Both the position numbers and the translations under genes were made by a program. A stretch of 64,000 nucleotides of DNA. It comes from an uncultured Gemmatimonas sp. (lineage in GTDB: Bacteria; Gemmatimonadota; Gemmatimonadetes; Gemmatimonadales; GWC2-71-9). The DNA lies in contig CAYTMW010000006.1 in the NCBI GenBank assembly GCA_964439025.1, positions 21,833 to 85,832 of the forward strand, read 5' to 3'. Within the stretch, counting starts at the first letter, position 1; the number at the start of each line of letters is the position of its first letter. The notes beneath the pieces are model-generated. The model was not told the origin of the DNA and searched no databases. It saw only the letters and a list, made by a program, of their open reading frames with translations. Of the stretch, positions 17,505-26,450 are shown in pieces.

Positions 17505-19085
17505 ATGCGGTTCTCCGTCGTTCTCGCGCTGGCAGGCACTCTCGGCTCGCCCGGCACGGCCCCCGCCCAGGGCGCCGTCCGCACCTTCCTCCTGATGGCC
17601 GGATCCGATACGGTGGCGGTGGAGCAAGTGAATCGGTCTCCCAGCCGGCTCGAGGGAGACCTGCTCTTCCGGAGCGGGAATCAACGCTGGCACTACATCG
17701 CCACGATTGGCCCCGGCGAAGAAGTCAGCGCGTTCGACAACGAGTTCCGGTTGGCGACAGACGCCCAGAGCGCCCCGGCGCGCCAGCGAGCGCGTTTGGT
17801 TTTCGCGGCGGACAGCGTCTTCGTCACCTTCGAGGGTCCCACCCCGCCGCCAGAGCGCATCGCGACCAAGCCAGGCGCCATGCCGTTCATCAATCCCTCG
17901 TTCGCGCTGGTCGAGCAGGCGATTCGGAGAAGGCTGCGGGCGGGAACGGACAGTCTCACGCTCGCGTTCTTTGCCGTTGCGGGGGGCCAGACCTTTCCGG
18001 TGGAGATGGTTCGCATCGGGACCGATTCGATCGTCGTCACCCTCGCGGGCGCCCCGGCCCGCCTCGCGCTCGCGGCGAACGGATCGATTACCGGGGGGAC
18101 CGTGACCGGGCAGGGTTTGACCATCCTGGTCGTCGAAGCCGCGGCCGGGCGGTCGCTCGAGGTGGCAAAACCCGATTACTCCGCCCCGGCCGATGCGCCC
18201 TACACCGCGGAATCGGTGAGGGTGCCGACGCCGATGGGACATCACCTCGCCGGGACGCTCACCTTGCCGAAAGGCGCGAGCAGACCGGTTCCCGCCGTCA
18301 TCACCATCACGGGATCGGGATCGCAGGATCGCGATGAGGCCATTCCCCCGGTGAAGGGCTACCGGCCGTTTCGGGAGCTCGCCGATGCGCTGGGACGCCG
18401 GGGCATCGCGGTGCTCCGGATGGACGATCGCGGCTATGGAGAATCCGAAGCCGGATTGGGAACGCCGTCGAGCCTCAATTTTGCCGACGACATCCGCGCC
18501 GGATTGGCGTTCCTGCGGTCCCGGCCTGAGATCGACGGCGCCCGTCTCGGGCTGATCGGCCACAGTGAGGGCGGCCTGATTGCACCGCTCGTGGCGGCAA
18601 CAGATCCTCGGCTCATGGGGATCGTTCTCCTCGCCGGTCCGGCGTACACCGGCCGCAAAATCCTCGAGTTCCAGAACCGCTACGCCCTGGAGCGCGCGCC
18701 GAACGTTTCTCCCGCGGTGCGGGACTCTGTCCTGCGGGTCGCACTGCGGACCGTCGATTCACTGGGTTCAGCCCAGCCCTGGATGCGGTTTTTTCTCGAC
18801 TACGACCCCGTGCCCACTGCGCGAAGGGTGACGGCTCCCGTGCTGATTCTCCAGGGAGCAACCGACCAGCAGGTGACCGCCGACCAGGCCCCGGTGCTCG
18901 AGAAAGCCTTTCGCGCCGGAGGAAACCGCGACGTGACGATGCGGGTGTATCCCGCGACAAATCACCTCTTTCTGGCCGATCCCGACGGCAATCCGGCCGG
19001 GTATTCCGCGTTGAAGAACAACACCCTGAGTTCGGAAGTGCTTCAGACGCTGGTCGACTGGGTGGTGCAGCGGCTCACTCGATAG
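17505..19085 (+). CDS. secreted alpha/beta hydrolase (S9/dienelactone-hydrolase-like) with an N-terminal beta-rich domain
   Basis: Signal peptide MRFSVVLALAGTLGSPGTAPAQG. Nucleophile elbow GHSEGG, later LQGATDQQV and ATNHLF (Asp/His candidates). Confidence 0.75.
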   Translation: MRFSVVLALAGTLGSPGTAPAQGAVRTFLLMAGSDTVAVEQVNRSPSRLEGDLLFRSGNQRWHYIATIGPGEEVSAFDNEFRLATDAQSAPARQRARLVFAADSVFVTFEGPTPPPERIATKPGAMPFINPSFALVEQAIRRRLRAGTDSLTLAFFAVAGGQTFPVEMVRIGTDSIVVTLAGAPARLALAANGSITGGTVTGQGLTILVVEAAAGRSLEVAKPDYSAPADAPYTAESVRVPTPMGHHLAGTLTLPKGASRPVPAVITITGSGSQDRDEAIPPVKGYRPFRELADALGRRGIAVLRMDDRGYGESEAGLGTPSSLNFADDIRAGLAFLRSRPEIDGARLGLIGHSEGGLIAPLVAATDPRLMGIVLLAGPAYTGRKILEFQNRYALERAPNVSPAVRDSVLRVALRTVDSLGSAQPWMRFFLDYDPVPTARRVTAPVLILQGATDQQVTADQAPVLEKAFRAGGNRDVTMRVYPATNHLFLADPDGNPAGYSALKNNTLSSEVLQTLVDWVVQRLTR

Positions 19086-19495
19086 CCAGCATTCTCGCCA
19101 TGAGGAGGTCGCGCTGCTCCTCGGTCCCGAGCATGAACGGCGGCTCCACGCCACCTCGCCGCGTGGCGCACGGCGTGGGGCCGTCGCAGACTCCACTGGC
19201 CGCGATTGGAATTCCTATCGCCCGCCACCATTTTCAGGAGCGAAGCGGTCCGATCAGGATGGCCTTAACAATCTGTGGAACCGGAGCTACATCGCCTCGG
19301 CGTTTCCGAACCCGGACATCGTCGGTGGCGTGCCGGTGGCATACCAGCCGAGCCTTCCGCGTGACCTGCCGGTTTCGGTCGTGATGGGATGGCATCGGCG
19401 ACAGCCGTGAAGGGGGCCGGTGCCCTAGGCGATTCCCCGCAGTCACGGTATTCTCTCAGCCTGTGCTGAAGGTCCTACAAATAAGGAGCCTGATT

Positions 19496-21601
19496 ATGCG
19501 CGGTTGGCAGCTGGCGCGAATCGCCGGTCTCGTAGCAATGACGGCAACCCCGGCGCTCGCTCAGAGCACCGGCGATCCCTATCTGTGGCTGGAGGACGTT
19601 ACCGGTGCGAAGCCACTCGCCTGGGTCGAGCAGCAGAACGCGCGAAGCATCGCGGCTTACACCCAGTCGGACGCCTTCAAGAAGCTCAACGCGCGACTGC
19701 TGTCGATCTTCGACTCGAGGGAGCGAATTCCCTACGTCGGGAAGATGGGAGGGCACTATTACAACTTCTGGCGGGACGCGGAGCATGTGCGCGGCATCTG
19801 GCGTCGCACGACGATGGCCGAGTACCGCAAGCCGACCCCCGCGTGGGAGCCGGTGATCGATCTCGACTCCCTTGGAACCGCCGAGAAGGAAAACTGGGTG
19901 TGGCATGGCGCGGACTGCCTGAGGCCCGCGTACCAGCGCTGCCTCGTTTCCCTCTCCCGTGGTGGGGCGGACGCCGACGTGACGCGCGAATTCGATCTGC
20001 CGAGCAAGACTTTCCTCAAAGACGGGTTCTACCTCCCGGAATCCAAGGGTGGCGCCGGGTGGATCGATCAGAACTCGGTGTACGTGTCCACCAACTTTGG
20101 TGCCGGCACGATGACGACATCGGGCTACCCGCGGGTGGTGAAGCTGTGGCGACGCGGCACGCCTCTCGATTCGGCGGAGAAGATCTTCGAGGGGGAGAAC
20201 ACCGATGTATCGGTCGGTGCCGATCGCGATCACACCAAGGGGTTCGAGCGTGACTTCGTCTCTCGCGGCATCACCTTCTACTCCAGCGAGCTCTATCTCC
20301 GGCGCGACGGAAAGCTGATCAAGGTGGACGTTCCCGCCGATGCGAACGCCAACGCGCATCGTGAGGGGTTGCTCGTCGAGCTTCGCAGCGATTGGACCGT
20401 TGACGGCAGGACCTATCCCGCCGGCGCGCTGCTGGCGACCAACTTCGACGCCTTCATGAACGGCGAGCGTCGCTTCGACGTGCTGTTCGAGCCCACTGAG
20501 CGGAAATCGCTGGCCGGCTACAGCCCGACACGCAACTACATTCTGCTCAACGAGCTCGACAACGTGCGCAACCGCATCTACGTGTTGTCCCGAGAGAAGG
20601 GCGCGTGGAAGCGGGCGCCGCTCCCCGGGATGCCGGCGTTCGGCACGGTGAGCGCGAACGCGGTCGATGCCGACGAGTCGGACGATTATTTCATGACCGT
20701 CGCCGACTACGTCACGCCGACCAGCCTGTCGTTCGGAACGGTTGGGAAGGGGGCGCCGGGGAAGCTGAAGTCGCTCCCGGCATTCTTCGATGCGAAGAAT
20801 CTCGAGATCTCCCAGCACCAGGCGACGTCGAAGGACGGCACCCGGATCCCCTATTTCCAGGTCTCCCGGAATGGGATGGCCCTCGACGCGAAGAACCCGA
20901 CGCTGCTCTACGGCTACGGTGGCTTCGAGATCTCGATGCTGCCGGGATACAGCGGTGGCGTCGGTGCGGCGTGGCTGGAAAAGGGCGGCACCTACGTGGT
21001 CGCCAACATCCGCGGCGGCGGCGAGTTCGGTCCCAAATGGCATCAGGCGGCGCTGAAGGCGAATCGGCACAAGGCCTACGAGGACTTCATCGCGGTCGCC
21101 GAGGATCTCATAGTGCGCAAGGTGACGAGCACGCCGCGTCTCGGCATCATGGGTGGGAGCAACGGCGGACTGCTGATGGGGAACATGCTGACCATGCGCC
21201 CTGACCTCTTCGCAGCGATTGTCGCGCAGGTGCCGCTGCTCGACATGCGCCGGTACAACAGCCTGCTCGCGGGTGCGTCGTGGATGGGAGAATACGGCAA
21301 CCCCGATGACCCGAAGGAATGGGAGTTCATCAGGACGTTCTCGCCGTACCAGAACATGAACGCGACGACGAAGTATCCGCCGACGCTGTTCACCACCTCG
21401 ACTCGCGACGACCGGGTCCATCCCGCCCACGCGCGAAAGATGGTGGCCAAGATGATGGACCAGGGTCACGACGTCGTGTACTACGAGAACGTCGAGGGCG
21501 GGCATGGCGGCTCGGCCAACAACAAGCAGGCCGCGTTCATGACGGCGCTGGCGTACACGTTTCTGTGGAGCAAGCTGAATCCGCCGGCGGTGACTCCCTG
21601 A
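19496..21601 (+). CDS. prolyl oligopeptidase family (S9A) serine peptidase, secreted
   Basis: AAGGAG RBS then ATG at 19496. Signal peptide present. Beta-propeller-length N-terminus. GGSNGGLL nucleophile motif, DDRV and GGHGG near the C-terminus. Confidence 0.9.
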   Translation: MRGWQLARIAGLVAMTATPALAQSTGDPYLWLEDVTGAKPLAWVEQQNARSIAAYTQSDAFKKLNARLLSIFDSRERIPYVGKMGGHYYNFWRDAEHVRGIWRRTTMAEYRKPTPAWEPVIDLDSLGTAEKENWVWHGADCLRPAYQRCLVSLSRGGADADVTREFDLPSKTFLKDGFYLPESKGGAGWIDQNSVYVSTNFGAGTMTTSGYPRVVKLWRRGTPLDSAEKIFEGENTDVSVGADRDHTKGFERDFVSRGITFYSSELYLRRDGKLIKVDVPADANANAHREGLLVELRSDWTVDGRTYPAGALLATNFDAFMNGERRFDVLFEPTERKSLAGYSPTRNYILLNELDNVRNRIYVLSREKGAWKRAPLPGMPAFGTVSANAVDADESDDYFMTVADYVTPTSLSFGTVGKGAPGKLKSLPAFFDAKNLEISQHQATSKDGTRIPYFQVSRNGMALDAKNPTLLYGYGGFEISMLPGYSGGVGAAWLEKGGTYVVANIRGGGEFGPKWHQAALKANRHKAYEDFIAVAEDLIVRKVTSTPRLGIMGGSNGGLLMGNMLTMRPDLFAAIVAQVPLLDMRRYNSLLAGASWMGEYGNPDDPKEWEFIRTFSPYQNMNATTKYPPTLFTTSTRDDRVHPAHARKMVAKMMDQGHDVVYYENVEGGHGGSANNKQAAFMTALAYTFLWSKLNPPAVTP

Positions 21602-21709
21602 GTCGTATTGGCGGGCGCCGGGCCGGGTAAGGCAGGCGGTTCCGCGTCGGGCGGATTCACTGCCCAACGCGTCGCTGACGCCACCTGCTGAGCCAGCCGC
21701 CTGGGGTCC

Positions 21710-21961
21710 TGGTCGGGCGCGGAACTGCTCGTAGAGCCGCGCGGGCCGGTCGATCATCGGCACCCGCTCTCTGCGGATGAACCGGTGCCGGACCACGGTG
21801 CGCACGTCGAGCGGGTCGCCGGTGATCACCATGATGTTTGCAACCTTTCCGGGCTCGATGCTGCCGTACCGGTCGGCGATCCACCAGATCTGAGCCGGAT
21901 AGATCGTGAGCGCCCGGAGCGCTTCGTCCGGGTCGAGTCCGTACGCCGTCGCGAGCGCGGC
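21710..21961 (-). pseudogene. C-terminal remnant of an amidohydrolase paralogue
   Basis: ..YGLDPDEALRALTIYPAQ..YGSIEPGKVANIMVITGDPLDV..ARLYEQFRARP parallels the C-terminus of the 11033-12277 product. The N-terminal ~300 aa are missing and there is no stop at the expected position. Confidence 0.65.
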
Positions 21962-21962
21962 G

Positions 21963-22307
21963 TTGTTCCTGGCCCGCGTGCTCACCCACATCCCCGACAC
22001 GAGACAGGGCACGCCGCGGGACTATGGCTGGTACGCCAACCGCCCGCGGGGGATGCGGCGCCATCAGGCCGAGCCGGCCGATGCGACCGCACCCGGCATT
22101 CGGAGTGCCCGCGCGACCGCTCGCGCCCATCGGGCCCGTCGCCGCTGGGCCGAGCTGGTGCGGCAGATCGTCGAGGTGGACCCCTTGGCGTGCCCCCGAT
22201 GCGGGACCCTGATGCGCCTCATCAGCTTCATGGCGGCGCGGGCCGGCATCAATCACATCCTCACGCACCTCCGATCGATGCCGGGTACCAGCTGGCGCAC
22301 TTGGTGA
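21963..22307 (+). mobile_element. 3' fragment of an IS91-family (rolling-circle) transposase gene
   Basis: LFLARVLTHIPD..RDYGWYANRPRG..RRRWAELVRQIVEVDPLACPRCGTLMRLISFM..INHILTHL is the characteristic IS91 transposase C-terminus. No N-terminal part is present. Confidence 0.65.
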
Positions 22308-22316
22308 CGATGGGGA

Positions 22317-24923
22317 TCATTCTCGCGGTGTGGCGGTGAAACGAACCTCGCCAGTGGCACCGTCCATTTCGAGCTCATCGCCGTCCCGGATCAGGGTGGT
22401 GGCGCCGGCGACTCCGACGATGGTCGGAAGTCCCAGTTCGCGGCCCAGGATCGCGGCGTGCGAGAGGACGCTGCCCCGCTCGACGATCAGGCCTCGCGCG
22501 CCCAGCATGAGATAGAGCCAGCCCGGCTCGGTAGCCTCGGCGACCAGGATCTCGTCCTCGATCCGGTCGGTGAGTCGGGGGTTGAGCATGACGCGGGCGC
22601 GGCCGCGCGCGATCCCGGTCGCACAGGGGATCCCGCGCAGCAAGCCCCGCTCGGTGGGCACCAGCTCCGGCGCGCGAGTGGAATGGGGGTAATAGACGGT
22701 GCCGCGACAGACGATGCGGCTCGCCGCTTTGCCGGCGGGGAAGCCGGCGTAGCTAGCCCGCCGCAACGCCACGATGCCATGGAGATCGGCATCCGGCAAG
22801 CCGCCCTCGAACCAGGCTTCGAGCTCCTCGAGGGTGAGATAGAAAACCTCCTCTCGCGCACGGAGCGCCGCCTCCCGGGTGAGTGCGTGGCCGAGGGCGC
22901 CGAAGATCCGTCGCAGCGTGCCGTACGCGCGCGAACGGGCGTGCGAGAGGTTTTCCCGCGCGGCGATGGCCCGCCGCGCTTCCCCGAGGAGCCAGCGGGT
23001 TATGGTCCATGCGATCGGTCGGCCCCGCATCCCGCCGCGCAGCGCGGCTTCCGCCCGTTCCCGCTCCCGCCGGCGCAGAGCGGCGCGCCGCGCCGGATCC
23101 ACGCCGTAGGCGAGGTGATTCCGGAGCAATGCGACCATCTGGGCCGGATCGTCCGCCGGCGTGGTGCTCTCGAGCTTGAGCTCCTCGATGGTGCGATGCC
23201 CGTGCCGGGTGAGATGCTCGCGCACCAGCTCCAGGAATTGCACCGCGTCGGGGTGCTTCGTCAGCTCCGTCCAGACGGCGGCGGCGAGCGTCTCGCTCCG
23301 CAGCAGCGACTCCAATTCGGGGTGGCGCTTCAGCTCGGCGGCGATTGCTTCCAGCGACTCCGCCGAACCGAAACTCTCCACGCCGGTTAGTCCCGACAGC
23401 AGCCCGCGGTCGAAGGGCTTGCCCCCCACGCGGCGGCTCATTCGGGAGAGCCCCTCCAGGAGCAGAAACAGAAAGAGATCGTTCCAGATGAGCGCCGTCC
23501 AGGGCGGCAGCAGCTCCCGCCGGAGCCGCCGGTACTGCTCGAAGAGTTCTGCCGAGGAGAGGCCCTCCAATGTCAGCCCTTCATAGCGCTCCAGGACTTT
23601 CGGCACTGTCGCCCGGAAGCGCCGGACTTCGGCGCGCATGCCGAGGCAGCGCCCGGCGAACCGGACCAGGGTCCGCGTGATGGCCGGCAAGCGCCGCCGG
23701 CCGCCGCGTCGTCCCGCAACCGCCTCCACTCCCTTGCCATCCACGATGCCGAGCGCGCGCTCCCACGGGCCGACGGTGCGTTCCAGTCCTGGCACGAGGG
23801 AGAAGAGCGCGTGATAGTGGGTAAGGTTGAAGTAGAGCCGTCCGCGGACGATCCCCACCAGGTGAGCCAGGTGAGGCCGCGCCGCCTCGACCTCGCGTGA
23901 CGATACGCCGGCCTCCTGCAACGCGAGCCCGAACAACTGCGCGTAGGTGGAGCAGACCAAGGAAAAGGTGAGCGGCAGCGTGACGCCGGGATAGCTTTCG
24001 CCCACGTTGCTGTCGTCCCAGACGGCCAGCTTCCCTCCCGGCAGGCCCGTCGCGGGCCGGGCCTGAAGGAGCCAGAGCTTACCGCGCTCGTCCAGCGTCC
24101 ACTCGAGGTCGAGCGGTCCGCGCATTCGGCGCTGGAGCCGGGCCGCGGCTCGCGCCAGGCGATTGAGCTCTTCGGGCAGCAGCACCGGCACTGCACCCCA
24201 TGGACGAAGAGTCGTCTGCCACTCCCGAGCACCCTCGGGGCGCACGAAACGTTGTGTCTCGCCCCGGCCGCCGACGACAGCGTCCCCGAACCCCGCCGCT
24301 GCTTCGACGATCAGCATCGGCGCCCCAGTGACCGGGTCGGCGGTGAAGGCGACGCCACTGGTGCGGCTCGCGACCAGTCGCTGGACGATCACCGCGACGC
24401 GCGGAAACCCGTCCGCGCCGAAGCGGCGGCGGTAGAGGAGGGCCCGTCCAGAGAAGGCACTCGCCCACACTGCCGCGATCGCCACACCCAGTCCCTCGGG
24501 CGTGACACCGAGCCGGCTCTCCAATTGGCCGGCATGGCTCGCTCCGGCGCCGTCTTCGCCGACCATGCTCGAGCGCACCGCGAAGCGCGCCGCACTGAGT
24601 CGCTCCGCGCCGCGCTGGACCGCCTCGTAAAGCTCGAAGGGCCAGACGACGCCTTCCACCAGGCCGGCGATTGCGCGCGCGGCGCGATCGGCCTCTGCCG
24701 CGTCGGTGGCGGCTCCGGCCAGAGCGGCAATCGCGTCCTGGTGCGGGGCCAGGAGTTGCTCGCAGGTCTCCGCCGTCACCACGAACCACTCGGGGACGGC
24801 GAGTCCCGCTCCGCGCACCGCGGCGAGCGAGGCAGCCTTCTGCCCAATCGACGCCACCGGGACGTGGTCGTCGTGCCAGCGGAGGAAGGGCACGGCCAGC
24901 GGCTCAGCCGAGGTGGAAGCCAT
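22317..24923 (-). CDS. PEP-utilising (PpsA/rifampin-phosphotransferase-like) enzyme: N-terminal ATP-grasp, central domain, C-terminal swivel His domain
   Basis: N-terminal IGQKAASLAAVRGAGLAVPEWFVVT (PPDK_N-like). C-terminal ILVAEATEPGWLYLM..GLIVERGSVLSHAAILGRELGLPTIVG (phosphohistidine swivel). 868 aa. Confidence 0.8.
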   Translation of the reverse strand: MASTSAEPLAVPFLRWHDDHVPVASIGQKAASLAAVRGAGLAVPEWFVVTAETCEQLLAPHQDAIAALAGAATDAAEADRAARAIAGLVEGVVWPFELYEAVQRGAERLSAARFAVRSSMVGEDGAGASHAGQLESRLGVTPEGLGVAIAAVWASAFSGRALLYRRRFGADGFPRVAVIVQRLVASRTSGVAFTADPVTGAPMLIVEAAAGFGDAVVGGRGETQRFVRPEGAREWQTTLRPWGAVPVLLPEELNRLARAAARLQRRMRGPLDLEWTLDERGKLWLLQARPATGLPGGKLAVWDDSNVGESYPGVTLPLTFSLVCSTYAQLFGLALQEAGVSSREVEAARPHLAHLVGIVRGRLYFNLTHYHALFSLVPGLERTVGPWERALGIVDGKGVEAVAGRRGGRRRLPAITRTLVRFAGRCLGMRAEVRRFRATVPKVLERYEGLTLEGLSSAELFEQYRRLRRELLPPWTALIWNDLFLFLLLEGLSRMSRRVGGKPFDRGLLSGLTGVESFGSAESLEAIAAELKRHPELESLLRSETLAAAVWTELTKHPDAVQFLELVREHLTRHGHRTIEELKLESTTPADDPAQMVALLRNHLAYGVDPARRAALRRRERERAEAALRGGMRGRPIAWTITRWLLGEARRAIAARENLSHARSRAYGTLRRIFGALGHALTREAALRAREEVFYLTLEELEAWFEGGLPDADLHGIVALRRASYAGFPAGKAASRIVCRGTVYYPHSTRAPELVPTERGLLRGIPCATGIARGRARVMLNPRLTDRIEDEILVAEATEPGWLYLMLGARGLIVERGSVLSHAAILGRELGLPTIVGVAGATTLIRDGDELEMDGATGEVRFTATPRE

Positions 24924-25806
24924 GACGACTCACCAGTGAAAGGAGCAGTACCCCGTTGAGCGCGCCGGCGAACGCCTCGGCCCAGCGGCGCAGATCGGCG
25001 TGGGCCGCCGTCGGGTGCAGTAGGAGTCGGCCAACCGCAAAGCCCAGCGGGCCCAGCGGAAGCAGCAGGCGCAGGACCGCCACACCCTCGAGGCCGGCGG
25101 CCATCCCCGCCGGAACGAGGCAGCCTACGGTAAGCAGGGCGAACCCCAGCGGGAGCAGCGCCGCGCGGCGCCAGCCGAACTGCTTCGAATAGGTGCCGTA
25201 TTCGGTCTCATCCGCGGGAAGCCGAATTTTTCGCGCAATCTCCCACGCCCCGATTGCGAAGGTCGGCGCGAGCAGCACCGGGATCGTCCACAGCGTCAGC
25301 GCGGCCGCGGGCCAGCGCTCCAGGAACACCACGACCGCATAGCCCCCCAACAGCACGGCCCCGCTCTTCCGGGCGAGGTAGGCCGCCGGCGGCGGATGCC
25401 TGGCCCAGCTCCGCACGAAGAACCAGCGGAAGCCAAGCCAGGTGACAGCGAGGCCGCCAAGCAAGGCGACGAGCATCGGGCCTGGACCGAACGAGCCAGC
25501 CAGCGCAACGAGTAGCAACCCGATACCGACGGCGAGACCGCGCACCTCACCGAGCTCCACCTCGCCGGTCACCAGCGGGCGGTTGCGATAGCGCGGATCT
25601 CCAGCCTTGCCGAGCCGGATGTCCTCGGGTGCGTCGTGCACGTCGTCGAGCAGGCGCACGAACAGCAGCCAGAACGCGATCGTGACCGCTCCGACCGCTC
25701 CGCGGGAGTCGAGCCGGAGCGGCCTCACGCCGGCCAGCGCCTGCAGCGCGAAATAGGAGGTCAGGAAGCCGAGCGCGCCCAGCGCGCCCTGGGTCCAGGG
25801 GAACAT
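24904..25806 (-). CDS. UbiA-superfamily prenyl/phosphoribosyl-transferase-like membrane protein
   Basis: LLDDVHDAPEDIRLG (DDxxDxxxD), RNRPLVTGEV, several TM segments, second acidic patch PADETEYGTYS. Start is uncertain (ATG 25806, GTG 25815, or upstream to 25935). Confidence 0.65.
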   Translation of the reverse strand: MFPWTQGALGALGFLTSYFALQALAGVRPLRLDSRGAVGAVTIAFWLLFVRLLDDVHDAPEDIRLGKAGDPRYRNRPLVTGEVELGEVRGLAVGIGLLLVALAGSFGPGPMLVALLGGLAVTWLGFRWFFVRSWARHPPPAAYLARKSGAVLLGGYAVVVFLERWPAAALTLWTIPVLLAPTFAIGAWEIARKIRLPADETEYGTYSKQFGWRRAALLPLGFALLTVGCLVPAGMAAGLEGVAVLRLLLPLGPLGFAVGRLLLHPTAAHADLRRWAEAFAGALNGVLLLSLVSRHGFHLG

Positions 25807-25838
25807 CGTCCGCACGTAGTGCGCGAGACGAAGCGCGC

Positions 25839-26450
25839 TCAGACCGCGCCGGCCGCCGGCCGACTCCGCCGTTGCCGCCTGGGCCGTGCCGTGCCGAACA
25901 TCACGTCCCACAGCGACGTCGTGAAACCGTAGCATCGCGTGTCATCCCGGTAATGGTGATAGAGATGGTGGCGCCGCCACATCCGCAGCAGCGGTCCCCC
26001 GCCCCGGCCAAAGTGGATCGCATAGTGGATCAGCTCGTAGGCGAGGTAGCCGGCCAGCACTCCCGAGAGGATCGCCGCTGCCGGCGCCCAAGCCCCGGTG
26101 AGGATACGGAGGATGCCCGCTACCAGGGCGGCGAGAGGGAGCGACAACCAGAGCGGAATCACGAAGAAGGCCGGGTCGTTCGGCGCCTGATGATGTGCGA
26201 GATGCTGTTGCCGGCGCAGCAGCCATTCCGCGCGGGGCACCAGATGGAAGAGAAACCGATGCCCCACGTATTCGATCAGGGTCCAGAGGACCAACCCACC
26301 TCCCAGCTCGGCGATCCAGCGCCACCCCGGTACGCTTCCCGCGCGGAGACTCAGCCACAAGGCCACCGCCAAGACCGGCGGGAAGGCGAGCAGGACGCGG
26401 AGGCTCGGGCCCGCCGGCACCTCGCGCACTACCTCGGAAACCGTTCTCAT
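25839..26450 (-). CDS. fatty acid hydroxylase superfamily protein, FA2H/Scs7-like
   Basis: LIEYVGHRFLFH, HLAHHQAPND, YELIHYAIH, WRRHHLYHH, YGFTTSLWDVMFGT. Start at the ATG 26450 gives an ATGA overlap with the desaturase stop. Confidence 0.8.
   Translation of the reverse strand: MRTVSEVVREVPAGPSLRVLLAFPPVLAVALWLSLRAGSVPGWRWIAELGGGLVLWTLIEYVGHRFLFHLVPRAEWLLRRQQHLAHHQAPNDPAFFVIPLWLSLPLAALVAGILRILTGAWAPAAAILSGVLAGYLAYELIHYAIHFGRGGGPLLRMWRRHHLYHHYRDDTRCYGFTTSLWDVMFGTARPRRQRRSRPAAGAV

Noticed and set aside
16493-18337. 614-aa plus-strand ORF and the 516-aa minus ORF 17013-18563
   Set aside because: Antisense or out of frame relative to the acyl-CoA dehydrogenase and the alpha/beta hydrolase. Composition is dominated by R/G/P/A and no motifs are present.
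19086-19462. Possible gene remnant between the hydrolase and the prolyl oligopeptidase
   Set aside because: Short open stretches (e.g. ..VEPPFMLGTEEQRDLLMARMLAIE) look vaguely protein-like. No start codon, motif or family could be recognised, so the support is insufficient.
19475-22012. 845-aa minus-strand ORF
   Set aside because: Antisense to the prolyl oligopeptidase gene over most of its length. Only its first ~100 codons resemble a real protein (an amidohydrolase C-terminus), which I report as a pseudogene remnant.
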